DNA of 57,355 nt from a virus (Duplodnaviria; Caudoviricetes). Of this stretch, positions 1-10,994 are shown one piece after another. The notes below the pieces were generated by a model, which saw only the letters and a list, made by a program, of their open reading frames with translations, was not told where the DNA came from and ran no database searches. The stretch is taken from positions 1 to 57,355 of IMG/VR virus record IMGVR_UViG_3300020411_002891; one strand, written 5' to 3'. Within the stretch, counting starts at the first letter, position 1. Every line of letters starts with the position of its first letter. Both the position numbers and the translations under genes were made by a program.

Positions 1-1
1 A

Positions 2-556
2 ATATATAGATCCGTACCCGCCGCTAAGATTTCGAGAGAAGGGTACCTGTACTTTTGTCAGGGCCAGACGAGGATAGTAAGGGCTGATGAAGACTGGCTC
101 CCGGGCGGCTCCGCAGGCCCAGGCTTTCACAGTAGCTCAAACTACGCGAAGATAGGTAAGGGCCGTTACGTGTCTGACATGATGCTTCTTGGGGAGGATA
201 ATGACGTATACGTCTCTAACTCTGAGGGTGTCGTATTCGCGGCTACGTCAGATATAGAGTCAGAAGGCAACGCGGAGCTGCGCTATTCCGTCAAGGGCGG
301 TGAAGGTAAGTATAAAATACTTGCAGGCGGCGGCACTGATGACCGGCAGTGCCATGCGGTAGTAGTCGACGTTGAGACTGGCCATGTACTAGTCTCTTCT
401 GGAGACTCGTCTCCTGCGGTTACTGAGATTGACCTGTCTATTCATCATGCTTTTCGTGACTTTGACTCCACGTCTACACCTGCTGTAACTAGTAAGGTAA
501 AGTCGTTAGTATCTTTTAGGAACCCCGAGGGGCCTCCAGATAAGGAGATTAGCTGA
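2..556 (+). CDS. 3' part of a probable tail/baseplate structural gene, truncated by the window edge
   Basis: Frame is open from base 2 to the TGA at 554-556, so the ORF-track start at 170 is probably internal. Stop overlaps the next ATG (TGATG). Function inferred from position only. Confidence 0.55.
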   Translation: MYRSVPAAKISREGYLYFCQGQTRIVRADEDWLPGGSAGPGFHSSSNYAKIGKGRYVSDMMLLGEDNDVYVSNSEGVVFAATSDIESEGNAELRYSVKGGEGKYKILAGGGTDDRQCHAVVVDVETGHVLVSSGDSSPAVTEIDLSIHHAFRDFDSTSTPAVTSKVKSLVSFRNPEGPPDKEIS

Positions 557-3500
557 TGGCATTCTGGATTGGCTCTACTGGCGGAGGTACTGCGGTACCC
601 TCTGTTCTGTCTATACGGGAACAAGTCTACTCTCCAGCATACGGAGAGGAGATCGACGCTAAGTTTATTTATCAGCTGCTCCCCTCTTTCTACCGCACCC
701 TTATGGATGACCAAGCCATATTCAGCAATATATGGGAAGGGGTGATGCATAGGCTATCAGCGGATTCATTGAATCTGTGGCAGACAGACTACTCGAAAAG
801 TCTGAGTGATGTTCCTACACACTCCCAAAGAAAGTGGCTTAAGTACGACTTTACTAAGGTAGTAGATTTTACGATAGATCCCTCCCTTACTACGGAAAAC
901 TTTGGTAGCGATCAGTTTGTCTACAGTCCTTCTTACATCAAAGGGAGTTGGGCAAGTAGGATTGGCGGGCCCGATCTTGCGGTAGTACCGCTTACGTCAG
1001 AACTAGATCATGACTGTAGCTTGTCGTGGTCGACTAACTTTATGTCTGCTACGGCTATAGATACGAACTCAGCGGCTTTATTTGGGTATTACTACTCCGG
1101 TACCTCTGCCACTACATTATCTAACGCGCTGTTCGTCGGTATTCAGGGCCCTCAGTCTGGTAGCTCTGGCGATAATGCATCGCTGATAGTAGGGCAGGTG
1201 TCCAGCAGTGGGGCGATTACTATACGGCGCAGCGGGCCTATTATACCCAAAGCAGCGGGCAAGAAGCTAAGGTTGGCAGGGGCATACTCGGCTTCTGATA
1301 CTTCGTTGCGAGGTACGGTATACGACCGAGAGTACACTAAGGCTTCTGGCACTGCCTCTACTGCTCCGGATACTGATTCAGACGGCTATACCGCTGAGCT
1401 TACTGACTCGTCTAAAAACTTTGATGACCTCGGAGTAATCCCCGGAGATCTTATTTATTACGACGGAGACGCGTATGAGATTGCTACCGTTTCTGGCTCG
1501 GTTCTTACTACAACATTAGAGCAGCTTCCTTCAGGAGCTTCCTCTATTAGCTATACTGTTGTAGGAGAAAAGCTTTTAGGCTCCGCGTACATAAATCTGC
1601 GTTCTATGGCCGGAGACTACAAGTTTAAGGTGAACTCTTTTGGTACGAGCTGCCTTGATTTAACTGCGGCTTCTGGGCTGTTTGGGACCGCATCGGACTA
1701 CTCCAAGGCGCAGAATAAATCTATTAGCGGCACAACTGACGGCTGGTCCTATTTAGACCCCACTGTAGATACTGACCTTTTATCTATACCAAGGCTCCAG
1801 ACCACTCTAACTGAGACTCTGGCGCCCTCCGATTACTTATACGGAGGCACAGACTACGATATTAAGGGCAAGGTAGTGCAGTTTGCTGAGCCTCCGGCTA
1901 CGGCCCTATACGCCGAGTATTCGGCATACGATGAGAGGCGAGTAGAGAGTAACTTTGGAGTAAATGTAGGGCTTACGGGAGAGTCTACTGAGGACTACTT
2001 AGGTAAGGTCAAAGGTCTTTACTACTCATACTTTACTGGTCCTACCGTCAGCTCCCTAAAAAGAGGTACTCATATCCACATCGGCCTTCCCGTAGCTAAC
2101 TATGCGGGCACGGTCACTGCCATTAACGAAGACTACTCCGGGGTATTTGGGAGGATAACTATAGGCACTAAGGGCTATCTATACCCGCTCGCAGCAGGAA
2201 CACAGTTAGAGGTCGGTGACGAAGTAGAGCAGTTTCAGCCCTTATGTGATGGAATCTATTATCAAGACTACGTAGAGAGCCCGACCTGGTTTGCAGATAG
2301 CGGCGTGGTGTTTGATCACGAAATTCAGAAGTACCATGCGTTTAGAATTAGCATGAATCTCGATGTGTTCGACCCCACCCTAATCGGGAACGCTGCTGCG
2401 TTTATTCGTGCGGTTAAACCTACATGGAAGAATGGCCTCTTGCAGGCTTACATGGCGGACTTTGACGATATTGACGTAGAAGATGGAATACATATCCGAC
2501 CTAGTATGGGAATCGTAGATACTTTCGGTGGATTTCCTGATCCCTACTATGACAGCGCATATCTGGTTGATTCAGATATAGACTACGATTGGCTATACGA
2601 TAGTGCTACGACCCACCATGAGTGGGAAAAGGCAGGTGGGGCACTACACGAAAGTTCCTATGACGCTACTCGATCACTCTTTTGGAAAGGTACTGCCGAG
2701 GCAAGTCGATGGCTTACCGGCATTCTTAATGTAGAGGACATCGTAGGCACTCCTGAAAATCGGGTGGATAGTGATGGTGCCGGGTTCCGATATAAGGAAG
2801 ATGCGGACGGGCCTTGTCGATTTGTCCGCCTTCTTGGGAGAGAGGTCGCCTCGGGTACCTGCAGTATAGATGATGGAACATCGCACGCCCCTTCGCACTT
2901 AGTTACCGTAAGCGGCGCTACCTTTAATACGTCGGGTACGGACGACTATATTCCCTCAGACGGTTCTGGCGTACCTATCCGTGCTCACGTCCGGATTATG
3001 TTGAAGAAAGCTGACGGCTCTGAGTACGCGTCCACTACGGTTACTGAGGTAGTGTCTGATACGGAAATTAAGGTCTTGAGTGCCGGGTGTTCTCCTGAGA
3101 ACAGAGCAATACCTTCAGGAATCTCTGGCGAAAGCGGCCTCTTATTCGAGATTCGATCTTCAGGCCCGTCCGGTAAAATGCTGTTTGACGGGATGGTTGA
3201 GGCAAGTGGTGTATTTGGAGGTGGCGGAAGCGATGTCACTTCATTTACTACGTCAGGATCGTCGGCTAACTTCACCAGCCTCATAGAAGTGGACGGAAGT
3301 AGTGTCCCTGTAGAAACTACCTACCTCGCTATACATGCGACAAACATAGCTAGTAGCGGATTTACGGAGAGCAAAGACGTATACATAGCGAAGGTGGCTA
3401 GCGTAGCTTCTGCTACTGAGCTTGTTTTAGAAGGAACCCCAACCGGGTACTATGCAGGTACTGCCCCCTCGTCCTTCGGCTCTGGTTATCGGTGGGAACT

Positions 3501-6123
3501 ATTTCGTTGCCCCAATACGCGATTGGTGCTTGGTGACGGCACTCCTACCAGATCTACCGGCGTACTCACTGAAGAGGACACTAAAATATCGGACTCGACA
3601 GTTTCTACGATTGGATCACTCCAAACCGATATTCAGTTGCGGTATTTTCCTGCGGGTAGGCTCCACGCCCTAAACATGCACAGCGCTACGTCTGATCCCG
3701 TAGAGTCATGGGGCGATTTACATACTCGCAACTGTATAGCTATGTTTAAGACCGTATCCCACGGACTGGGTACTGGGGCTTGGGCCAGGAGCACAGGAAT
3801 ACGGGCCGGGGATATTTTAGAAGTAACTAGTCCAAGTTCCGTTGCGGGCAGCTACCCAATTATTGGCGTAGCAACGCTAAAGGAGGGGTCCTCCGTAATT
3901 AACGATTGGGTAGTAGTAGAGTCATATACTGACGCAGATAAAGCCCTATCTCCTGCACTGTCGCCTTTAGAGCAGCACCTAAAGTCGCTCTCGTCTACTT
4001 ATAAGACTGATGATACTGCCCGGGGGTCTGGGTCAAGCGCTCTGGAAGCTAACATTCGCAGGCCTGTATTTGGGCGCATTCGGGCAGGCGATACTGTAGT
4101 AATTGATGACGGCCCGTTACCTGGAGAGTATGCTGTCTCTAGGGGAGTCAAGAGCGATGAGGTTCCCCTAAGTACTAGTGTAGTATTGAGCACCGCTATT
4201 GCTGACGCCACTGGCGTTACCTACAGGACGTACGGGCAGCCGGATTTGTTTGCTACCGTAATGTACGTACACTCTCCAGAGGTACTTTCTTTTAGAGATC
4301 AACCCTCTTCCACAGTAGATTTTTACTCAAAGACATCTTCCGGTGAGCCTACTGGATTTATTACCGCCGTGATGTACGACAGCTTTAACTACTCGTTCTC
4401 GATGTCTCTTGTAGACAACAACTATGGGGTGGTCTATTACGACCGGTATTTTGAGCTGTCGCCCGACGAAGAAGTATCTTTGGTATTACGAAACGGGTAC
4501 TCGAGAGGCGTACTCGGCCCGTATAGGGCCAGTTCCCAGTCGGGAGCGATATGGCCCAATTCTGCTGCAGATAACGCTTACATGGCATCTAGGTGGTTCA
4601 GCCCGTCTGAGAGTTTCGGCAGGACACTTCGTAATTCCTTCTTAATACCCTTATGTGGAAGGGAGATCATAAGTGGAAGAAACGGAGGGTCCGCTTCGGG
4701 AGCTTTATGGACTGCGTCTAACGACAGCACCTTTTCAGATATGTTTGTGTTTGAGGATACCGGTGCGGACTTTACTGTCATCGCAAGGGATTCCGACGGC
4801 AGGCCGAATAGCCCCACTTTTATCTTGATTGAGGAGAATCAGAATACTTCAGAGACACTCTCAGATTGGCAGGAGCTGCATCCTAGATACTACACCCTTC
4901 AAATATATGACGTGATTAGCGCTACCCAAGTACATCTTAGGTTCCATGACGCGGAGAGTATAATTGCAACCTCAAGTGGAGGTGAGCACCCGTCCATTCC
5001 TGGTACTACAGGCCTGACGGCGGCTATGGAGGCTCAGTGGGGCGGTGGTGGATCAGGATCAGCCCACCTCGTATACACCGTCAGAGATGCTGGGGGCGTA
5101 GACGATAGAAGATTTGTAGTGTCGGACAAAGCAGGAGTATGGCACGAGATATCGAGCTTAAATAACACCTATAGTACGTATACTACAGGCGCTGACTACT
5201 ACGATATACCTGGCTCATCCTCCACGGGGTCCTATAGCGGCAGCTGGGAAGCTGGTCACAGCGGATTGCCGCTACACACTACTGCAACCCTCACTAGAGA
5301 TATTCCGCTTTCAACCGGAACGAGTGAGATAAACGGAGTACCTTACCTCAGCTCACGAATAAACAGCGAAATAGATCTACGGAGTAATGCACCAGCGTTC
5401 CCTCATGAGGTGTTCCCGGATGGCTTTACTCTTACTAACGGAAGTACCGCTGTCTCTACGGGCTCGATAGGAAGTCTTAATACCCTTATTGGCACAGGTA
5501 AGCTAAACAATAATGATTGGGTACAGGGCGTTCCAACTAGGTTTGATACAAACCATGATGACGCTGAAGGCTACGCCAATTGGACTACGTCTCCAGGCGA
5601 GGCGCTAAGTAGATCTCCGGTATTTATGATGTCCGTTGACGTAGAGCCAGAGCAGGCGGAAGGCACGTTTAATGTTAATGCAAACCCTACTGGAAGCTTT
5701 ACAGTAACTATCGCAGGCACGGCAGTATCTGTAACGGCCGCCACCTCGTCCGCGTTAACAGCGGTAGCTATAAAGAACGCAGTAAACTCTGCGTCCGTTA
5801 GTGGCGTTAGGGCAGAGGCATCTGGGACGGTGACTACCCTAGCAGCCGGGTTTGGTGCTTCAGGTAATTCTATTACCATTAGCAGCAGTGACAGCGGCGT
5901 AGTTGCTTCCGGCACCAACCTTACCGGCGGGGTTGATGCGGCAATATCTACTAAGGTAAACTACACCGGAGAATCGTGTACTACTAAGCTAATTGTTAGG
6001 GGCAGGTCTATCTCTGGTTCTATAGGCAGTTTCGGTTCGTTTACCGATTGGATAAATCACGGGTCAGGGGATACTATTACCCATACAATTACGGAGAAGA
6101 CCGTCGATGAAGGCTGTGGATAA
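556..6123 (+). CDS. Large baseplate-wedge-like structural protein with appended beta-rich modules (1855 aa)
   Basis: LLPSFY..., GLYYSYFTGPTVSSLK and FIRAVKPTW resemble P2 gpI / T4 gp7-type wedge signatures. Ser/Thr/Gly-rich, and directly upstream of tail-collar and fibre genes. Confidence 0.6.
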   Translation: MAFWIGSTGGGTAVPSVLSIREQVYSPAYGEEIDAKFIYQLLPSFYRTLMDDQAIFSNIWEGVMHRLSADSLNLWQTDYSKSLSDVPTHSQRKWLKYDFTKVVDFTIDPSLTTENFGSDQFVYSPSYIKGSWASRIGGPDLAVVPLTSELDHDCSLSWSTNFMSATAIDTNSAALFGYYYSGTSATTLSNALFVGIQGPQSGSSGDNASLIVGQVSSSGAITIRRSGPIIPKAAGKKLRLAGAYSASDTSLRGTVYDREYTKASGTASTAPDTDSDGYTAELTDSSKNFDDLGVIPGDLIYYDGDAYEIATVSGSVLTTTLEQLPSGASSISYTVVGEKLLGSAYINLRSMAGDYKFKVNSFGTSCLDLTAASGLFGTASDYSKAQNKSISGTTDGWSYLDPTVDTDLLSIPRLQTTLTETLAPSDYLYGGTDYDIKGKVVQFAEPPATALYAEYSAYDERRVESNFGVNVGLTGESTEDYLGKVKGLYYSYFTGPTVSSLKRGTHIHIGLPVANYAGTVTAINEDYSGVFGRITIGTKGYLYPLAAGTQLEVGDEVEQFQPLCDGIYYQDYVESPTWFADSGVVFDHEIQKYHAFRISMNLDVFDPTLIGNAAAFIRAVKPTWKNGLLQAYMADFDDIDVEDGIHIRPSMGIVDTFGGFPDPYYDSAYLVDSDIDYDWLYDSATTHHEWEKAGGALHESSYDATRSLFWKGTAEASRWLTGILNVEDIVGTPENRVDSDGAGFRYKEDADGPCRFVRLLGREVASGTCSIDDGTSHAPSHLVTVSGATFNTSGTDDYIPSDGSGVPIRAHVRIMLKKADGSEYASTTVTEVVSDTEIKVLSAGCSPENRAIPSGISGESGLLFEIRSSGPSGKMLFDGMVEASGVFGGGGSDVTSFTTSGSSANFTSLIEVDGSSVPVETTYLAIHATNIASSGFTESKDVYIAKVASVASATELVLEGTPTGYYAGTAPSSFGSGYRWELFRCPNTRLVLGDGTPTRSTGVLTEEDTKISDSTVSTIGSLQTDIQLRYFPAGRLHALNMHSATSDPVESWGDLHTRNCIAMFKTVSHGLGTGAWARSTGIRAGDILEVTSPSSVAGSYPIIGVATLKEGSSVINDWVVVESYTDADKALSPALSPLEQHLKSLSSTYKTDDTARGSGSSALEANIRRPVFGRIRAGDTVVIDDGPLPGEYAVSRGVKSDEVPLSTSVVLSTAIADATGVTYRTYGQPDLFATVMYVHSPEVLSFRDQPSSTVDFYSKTSSGEPTGFITAVMYDSFNYSFSMSLVDNNYGVVYYDRYFELSPDEEVSLVLRNGYSRGVLGPYRASSQSGAIWPNSAADNAYMASRWFSPSESFGRTLRNSFLIPLCGREIISGRNGGSASGALWTASNDSTFSDMFVFEDTGADFTVIARDSDGRPNSPTFILIEENQNTSETLSDWQELHPRYYTLQIYDVISATQVHLRFHDAESIIATSSGGEHPSIPGTTGLTAAMEAQWGGGGSGSAHLVYTVRDAGGVDDRRFVVSDKAGVWHEISSLNNTYSTYTTGADYYDIPGSSSTGSYSGSWEAGHSGLPLHTTATLTRDIPLSTGTSEINGVPYLSSRINSEIDLRSNAPAFPHEVFPDGFTLTNGSTAVSTGSIGSLNTLIGTGKLNNNDWVQGVPTRFDTNHDDAEGYANWTTSPGEALSRSPVFMMSVDVEPEQAEGTFNVNANPTGSFTVTIAGTAVSVTAATSSALTAVAIKNAVNSASVSGVRAEASGTVTTLAAGFGASGNSITISSSDSGVVASGTNLTGGVDAAISTKVNYTGESCTTKLIVRGRSISGSIGSFGSFTDWINHGSGDTITHTITEKTVDEGCG

Positions 6124-6268
6124 AATAAAAGTAGAAGACGGTGCGGTCCACATTCTCCTAAAGAAAAAGGGAGAGCCTGTTGCTGGTATCTATGTAGAGG
6201 GTAAAAAAGAGTTTGTATCTCCCGAACTAAGTAAAAAGGAAAAAGCTAATGACATCTCTGCTGAATAA
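6107..6268 (+). CDS. Small hypothetical protein (53 aa, MKAVDKIKVEDG...)
   Basis: Below the ORF-track cutoff. GGAG at 6093-6096 precedes ATG 6107, and the ORF fills the gap while overlapping both neighbours. Confidence 0.55.
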   Translation: MKAVDKIKVEDGAVHILLKKKGEPVAGIYVEGKKEFVSPELSKKEKANDISAE

Positions 6269-6860
6269 CCTTCGGCTATGGTGGCTTGGTCTTAGGAAGA
6301 CTGCCAATCTTATAGTCGATAGCTTTCGCCCGTCTGGGATGGTCGAGCTCCGCCTAATCCACGCCCAAGGCCCCAATAAAGGCAAGGTATATAAAAAGAT
6401 TAAGGGCCGTAACGTAGTTACGTCTTGGATCGGTAGTTCCCATACCTCTGGGCGTGATTTGATGAGGCGGCTCTTAGCGCCTCCGGCCAGTGAGTCGGCC
6501 ATTACTGCTTCTGGAGGTACATCCCTGTCTGGGGTAGCTTCCTGCTACGTCAAGTATATGATGCTCGGGGCGTCCTCTACCGCAGAAGATGCCACTGACA
6601 TTGCCCTAAAGTCTCCGTTAGACGGTACTGGAGATACAGAAGCCACTGAGATTGTGATTAGTTCGTACAGCTTAGACGGCTCAAATCCGTATATTACTTT
6701 TGTAGCAGAGTGGTCAGAGTCTCAGGCTAATACCGCGCTATCCGAAGTTGGGCTGTATTCTGGCAGGGATCCAAGGGACTTCATCGCTAGAAAGACATTT
6801 TCTACATTTACCAAGACAAACGAGTTCTCTCTTGAGATCCGCTGGACGCTGAGGTTCTGA
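6249..6860 (+). CDS. Tail-collar / baseplate-fibre attachment protein
   Basis: NVVT..GR..., YMMLG, LSEVGLY, FIARKTF..FTKT...IRWTLRF pattern is typical of phage tail-collar-fibre-like proteins. Coupled to the fibre gene by TGATG. Confidence 0.6.
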   Translation: MTSLLNNLRLWWLGLRKTANLIVDSFRPSGMVELRLIHAQGPNKGKVYKKIKGRNVVTSWIGSSHTSGRDLMRRLLAPPASESAITASGGTSLSGVASCYVKYMMLGASSTAEDATDIALKSPLDGTGDTEATEIVISSYSLDGSNPYITFVAEWSESQANTALSEVGLYSGRDPRDFIARKTFSTFTKTNEFSLEIRWTLRF

Positions 6861-9800
6861 TGAGTATTTCAGATAAATTTAGAACGTGGGACCAGATGGA
6901 GACGGAGGATGACTTCATCCAGTACCTCGAGAGACTCGTTTCCGGCACCCCCTCGGAGTCCGCTGCGTCTACTGCGTCTGCGCGAGCTGCCGGCATCAAC
7001 CGCCCCTTATCTAGACTAGCCCACAACACGGATGCCCTCTTGGATGCTTTAGTAGCAACTCAAACAAGAGTGCTGCTGGCAGACAATGCGGACGAGGATG
7101 AGGCATATATAGACTTTACTGGTGGGGTCCTGACTTTCTACAAACAGTGGAAAATCTTATCGATGGCCCCCATCGAAGACAACGTTGGTTTATCTATTGC
7201 TGACGGGACTTCCGTAACCATGGGAGGCGACAACGTAGTTTATGCTGTGCTAGACCGATCTGCCGGCGACACTACTGTGGCGATTACCCCCCAGAAATCT
7301 GCGGGCTTTTCGACCCTTCGAGATACTATGAAGGCGGCCGAAGATACCGAGTCTTACTTAGATTACATTCTTATTGGGTACACCACGGGAGGTTCTGGAG
7401 ATAAGAAGACTTTTCGTATGTTCAACGGACAGACGATCCCAGACGGCGAGCGTATATCAGGCTTAGGGCTCAATACCTCATATGCTCCTGCTGTAATGGG
7501 TCGTCAGAACGGTGCGATTTTATCGGGCGGCGGCACACGCTCCTGGAATTCAGGCACGGGGGCTGTCAGTTGGAGCTCAGACCTTGACTTAAATATCCCT
7601 AGTTGCCCTAAGCTTACGGTAACGGACCCTTCTGGTTTATCTCTTCAACCCGGGGAAATACTGACAGCTACTATCACAGGTAGGAGCCAGAAGGCATTGT
7701 CCGCTACTACGCAGACAGCCCCTGCGGTAGTTCGTGACCCTTCAGCCACCTCTTTCCTTAACAGCGCCCTTGAGCACGACGGTAATGACTACGTCATTAT
7801 TGCTGTGTGCGGAGGCACTTCAGGTAATCGGACCCTTCACTGGCTTGATGGGGTAGTGCAGACAGAGCTGCTGACGTCCTTTAAGTCAGGTGACGTGGCT
7901 GGTTGGGGTACTACTGTAGTATCAGTAACGGCAGGAGACTCTGCTAAGGCTGAAGGAGCCGCCCTTACTAACGTACATAGGCAAGGCAACATTGAGATCG
8001 AGGGCGAGGGAGTAACGGTATCTTCCGAAGGCACCGACGGAAAAATAAAGGTTACGAACGACTACTACTGGCAAGACCGGAACATTTCCTTCTCTGCCCC
8101 TCATACACCTGACGGTAAGTTTTTCGTAGGGCTTCCTGGCGAGGGAGGTGTTCCGGCAGGTAAGGTGGAGATAACAGGGAAAAACTGGATATACGTAAAT
8201 GTCCCAGGCCTAACCTCAGCCACTAATATTATTGTTATTGATCTAGACGGCAGCGCAGCGCTACAGCTGGCGGAGGGTGAGCTGGCGTACTTTACTCTCG
8301 ATAGAGATATGAGCTCTTCTGTTCAGTTTGTGGGTTCTGGAACATCTCCTCTGAACCCTCTTACAGTTACCTCTATCGATAGCTTTAATAACTCAACTGC
8401 GGCTAAAGATGCCGTCGTAGTTGCCTACCGGCATCTCCAAGGATCCTCGGACACTGCGCTGGATGACTTATACGCACCGGTATTCCTCTGCGGTACTGCG
8501 ATAGAGCCTGGTAGTAATGCCTATATAGGTCAAGAGGTATCTCTGCTGGACATATCTGGCGCGCGTACCTACCAGTACTCTCATAGAGGGAGCATGGAGT
8601 GCGAGATAGTAAGTGGCAGTACGGACGCTATAAAGCTCTCCATCCTGGGCAGCCCTATAGTTATTAGCCGCCCAGGACGAGTAGGTCATATAACTGTTCC
8701 TGTAGGGGTCCTATACACAGAGTCTGTCGGAACTTTTACTAGCGCCTCGATAGGCCTCCCCGCTGTCCCAGGGTATGCCGTCATCGGAGTAACTTGGGAA
8801 GATGGCGGACGTACTCTAAGTACTGACGAGGGGTTTAGAAATAACTTTAAGGTTACGTCTGACGCAGACCGAACCCATGTAGATGACTACTTTATTCCTA
8901 TAGCCAAGCTCTACTGGAGCAGCTCTTCCGACTACCACTTCGTTTTGTGGAACGGTGCCATGATCGGAGAGGGCGGCAACATACCCAGTAAAACGTTTAA
9001 CAACGAGACTTTCTGGCACTATGGAGGTCTTTCTGTAGATGAGGCGGCTGCCATTACGGGAGCGGCATCGCCTTCCGCCTCTAATAAGTTCGTTACCGAA
9101 ACGGAATTATCTTCTGCTACGGCGACCGTCATTAGCGAATCTGACCTGGATACTCACGGAACGGGGTCTACGGATGGGGGCGCTAAGGTACTTACCTCAA
9201 AGCTTAACGTAGCGTTAGGTCCATACGTGCCGTTCCTCAACTTTGGGAAGATTGAGAAGAGCGGCAGTTTCAATCCCAAGCCTATTTACCAAGTCCTGAA
9301 CGGCTTTGATCATATCTACACAGATTCTCAAGGATCTGGCGGATCAAAAGGCGCTGATATGATTTATATTAGCGGCGGGATGGTGATTTTTGATGACACG
9401 TTTATCTCTCACGTAGACGGAACATATATAAACACGACTGTCACAGGTCACTGGCTCGGGTCTAGTGGTAACTCCAGTCTTATTAATAATACCCACAGAG
9501 CGAACCACTGCTTGGAGCTTCGAGAATCTGTGTGGTATGGAGAAGAAAGCGGCTACAAGACGGGGATCTGGCATCCCTCCCCGCCATCAGTAGGTCTCGG
9601 AACTGGGGCTACTATAGGAGGCCATTACTGGGGCATAAACTCAACCGACGGAGCTGAGCCATATAATGTAATTTGGGGTAGAAACTATATTTACATACGG
9701 CCGCACGAAGACTACGTCGTAGACACGGGTAGTGGTAAGCTGTGCTCTCGAGTAAAGGCGAGGATATCTAAATGGCCGCCGCTATTCTCATCCTCTGGTG

Positions 9801-10939
9801 GCGGCTACGGCCAGGGCACTAGAACTTTCGATACGACCCTTCATTCTGATGGGTACGGCGACGACGAAGGCACTTGGTTGTGTATAGGGTCGGTATATCT
9901 ACACGCTAATGCTACGGAGACGCAGTGGAAACTGGCGTCTTCCTTTGTAGGCGCTGGCGGCGACGACGATAACACTGGGGCGTACACCCAATACGGCGGG
10001 TTTAGTCCGACTGCGAACACCTTTGATAAAGATTGGGTAAGGGCTATACCCTTCTCTAAGATAGGTAAGCATGTAAAGTTTGAGCAGCCACTGGCGATTC
10101 ATTATCGCCCAAGCCCTGATATGGCTGTTGCGTTTGATGATGGAGTTCAGTGCGCGCATCCTAGCTGGGACGGGGATACGGTGTCGCCGACTGCCGGAGC
10201 AAGTCCTGCAGCTTTTACTGGAGGCTATAACAGAGCCAAGGGGCACTTCCCGAATACTGGCGTTGATATCGGCGGAGATCTAGATGGATACGATACTAAT
10301 AGCGTAGCTACTGCACTCGGAGCAAACCTAAACCTAGAACCGCTATTGCCGGAACTTCCTATTGGGTCGGTAGATTTTCATATATCTTGGGCGTTGAAGA
10401 CTATAGTTGACTCCGACCCAAAGACGCCGTGTATGCTCGCGGTGAAGTTAGGTGCAGTAGGGCGAATAAAAGAGCACGGGAGTAGTCAATCTATGCCCAC
10501 AGAGTGGACAGATATTAAATCTAAGTACTTCAGGTCTTGGTACATGGATAACGGCCGCCACGACCACGCCTCTTCCGGTGCCTACTCATCGAACCAGCTG
10601 TCTCCTCACTTCCAGGCAGACTTTACTATCCCCGGGATAGAAAATAGGCGGGCAGTGTTATTTCGGACAGAGCAAGACGGCGCCGTAGCAAAGATATTTG
10701 CAGACGAGTCGGCCTTTGATGTTGACGGCGGCACAACCGGCTACAGCATAAATGAGCACACCGGGTTCTTTATTACCGGCTATACAGAGAGCCTAACAAC
10801 TCAGACGATTGAGGATAAGATTGCCTTTAACTGTGATATTAATGAGAACTACTTCGAAGAGGATGACGGAGTAGCTACTATCCAAAAGAAGCACAGTACC
10901 TGGAAGAGCAACGGATCATCGGACGAGGATACTACGTGA
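6860..10939 (+). CDS. Tail fibre / receptor-binding protein (1359 aa)
   Basis: N-terminal INRPLSRLAHNTDAL fibre-attachment-like motif, Gly/Ser/Thr-rich beta modules, last gene of the tail block. Confidence 0.6.
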   Translation: MSISDKFRTWDQMETEDDFIQYLERLVSGTPSESAASTASARAAGINRPLSRLAHNTDALLDALVATQTRVLLADNADEDEAYIDFTGGVLTFYKQWKILSMAPIEDNVGLSIADGTSVTMGGDNVVYAVLDRSAGDTTVAITPQKSAGFSTLRDTMKAAEDTESYLDYILIGYTTGGSGDKKTFRMFNGQTIPDGERISGLGLNTSYAPAVMGRQNGAILSGGGTRSWNSGTGAVSWSSDLDLNIPSCPKLTVTDPSGLSLQPGEILTATITGRSQKALSATTQTAPAVVRDPSATSFLNSALEHDGNDYVIIAVCGGTSGNRTLHWLDGVVQTELLTSFKSGDVAGWGTTVVSVTAGDSAKAEGAALTNVHRQGNIEIEGEGVTVSSEGTDGKIKVTNDYYWQDRNISFSAPHTPDGKFFVGLPGEGGVPAGKVEITGKNWIYVNVPGLTSATNIIVIDLDGSAALQLAEGELAYFTLDRDMSSSVQFVGSGTSPLNPLTVTSIDSFNNSTAAKDAVVVAYRHLQGSSDTALDDLYAPVFLCGTAIEPGSNAYIGQEVSLLDISGARTYQYSHRGSMECEIVSGSTDAIKLSILGSPIVISRPGRVGHITVPVGVLYTESVGTFTSASIGLPAVPGYAVIGVTWEDGGRTLSTDEGFRNNFKVTSDADRTHVDDYFIPIAKLYWSSSSDYHFVLWNGAMIGEGGNIPSKTFNNETFWHYGGLSVDEAAAITGAASPSASNKFVTETELSSATATVISESDLDTHGTGSTDGGAKVLTSKLNVALGPYVPFLNFGKIEKSGSFNPKPIYQVLNGFDHIYTDSQGSGGSKGADMIYISGGMVIFDDTFISHVDGTYINTTVTGHWLGSSGNSSLINNTHRANHCLELRESVWYGEESGYKTGIWHPSPPSVGLGTGATIGGHYWGINSTDGAEPYNVIWGRNYIYIRPHEDYVVDTGSGKLCSRVKARISKWPPLFSSSGGGYGQGTRTFDTTLHSDGYGDDEGTWLCIGSVYLHANATETQWKLASSFVGAGGDDDNTGAYTQYGGFSPTANTFDKDWVRAIPFSKIGKHVKFEQPLAIHYRPSPDMAVAFDDGVQCAHPSWDGDTVSPTAGASPAAFTGGYNRAKGHFPNTGVDIGGDLDGYDTNSVATALGANLNLEPLLPELPIGSVDFHISWALKTIVDSDPKTPCMLAVKLGAVGRIKEHGSSQSMPTEWTDIKSKYFRSWYMDNGRHDHASSGAYSSNQLSPHFQADFTIPGIENRRAVLFRTEQDGAVAKIFADESAFDVDGGTTGYSINEHTGFFITGYTESLTTQTIEDKIAFNCDINENYFEEDDGVATIQKKHSTWKSNGSSDEDTT

Positions 10940-10944
10940 TGGCG

Positions 10945-10980
10945 AAAAAAGAGGCCGGGTGGATACCCGGCCTCTTAGTT
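10945..10980. terminator. Intrinsic terminator between convergent operons (probably bidirectional)
   Basis: 12-bp stem AAGAGGCCGGGT / ACCCGGCCTCTT with a GGAT loop. The A-run at 10945-10950 gives a U-tract on the minus strand, and a T-rich tail follows on the plus strand. Confidence 0.8.
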
Positions 10981-10994
10981 TGTAAGGGTATTCC

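Noticed and set aside
6860-10939. Diversity-generating retroelement or invertible tail-fibre cassette
   Set aside because: No reverse transcriptase, invertase or near-duplicate template region noticed in the window.
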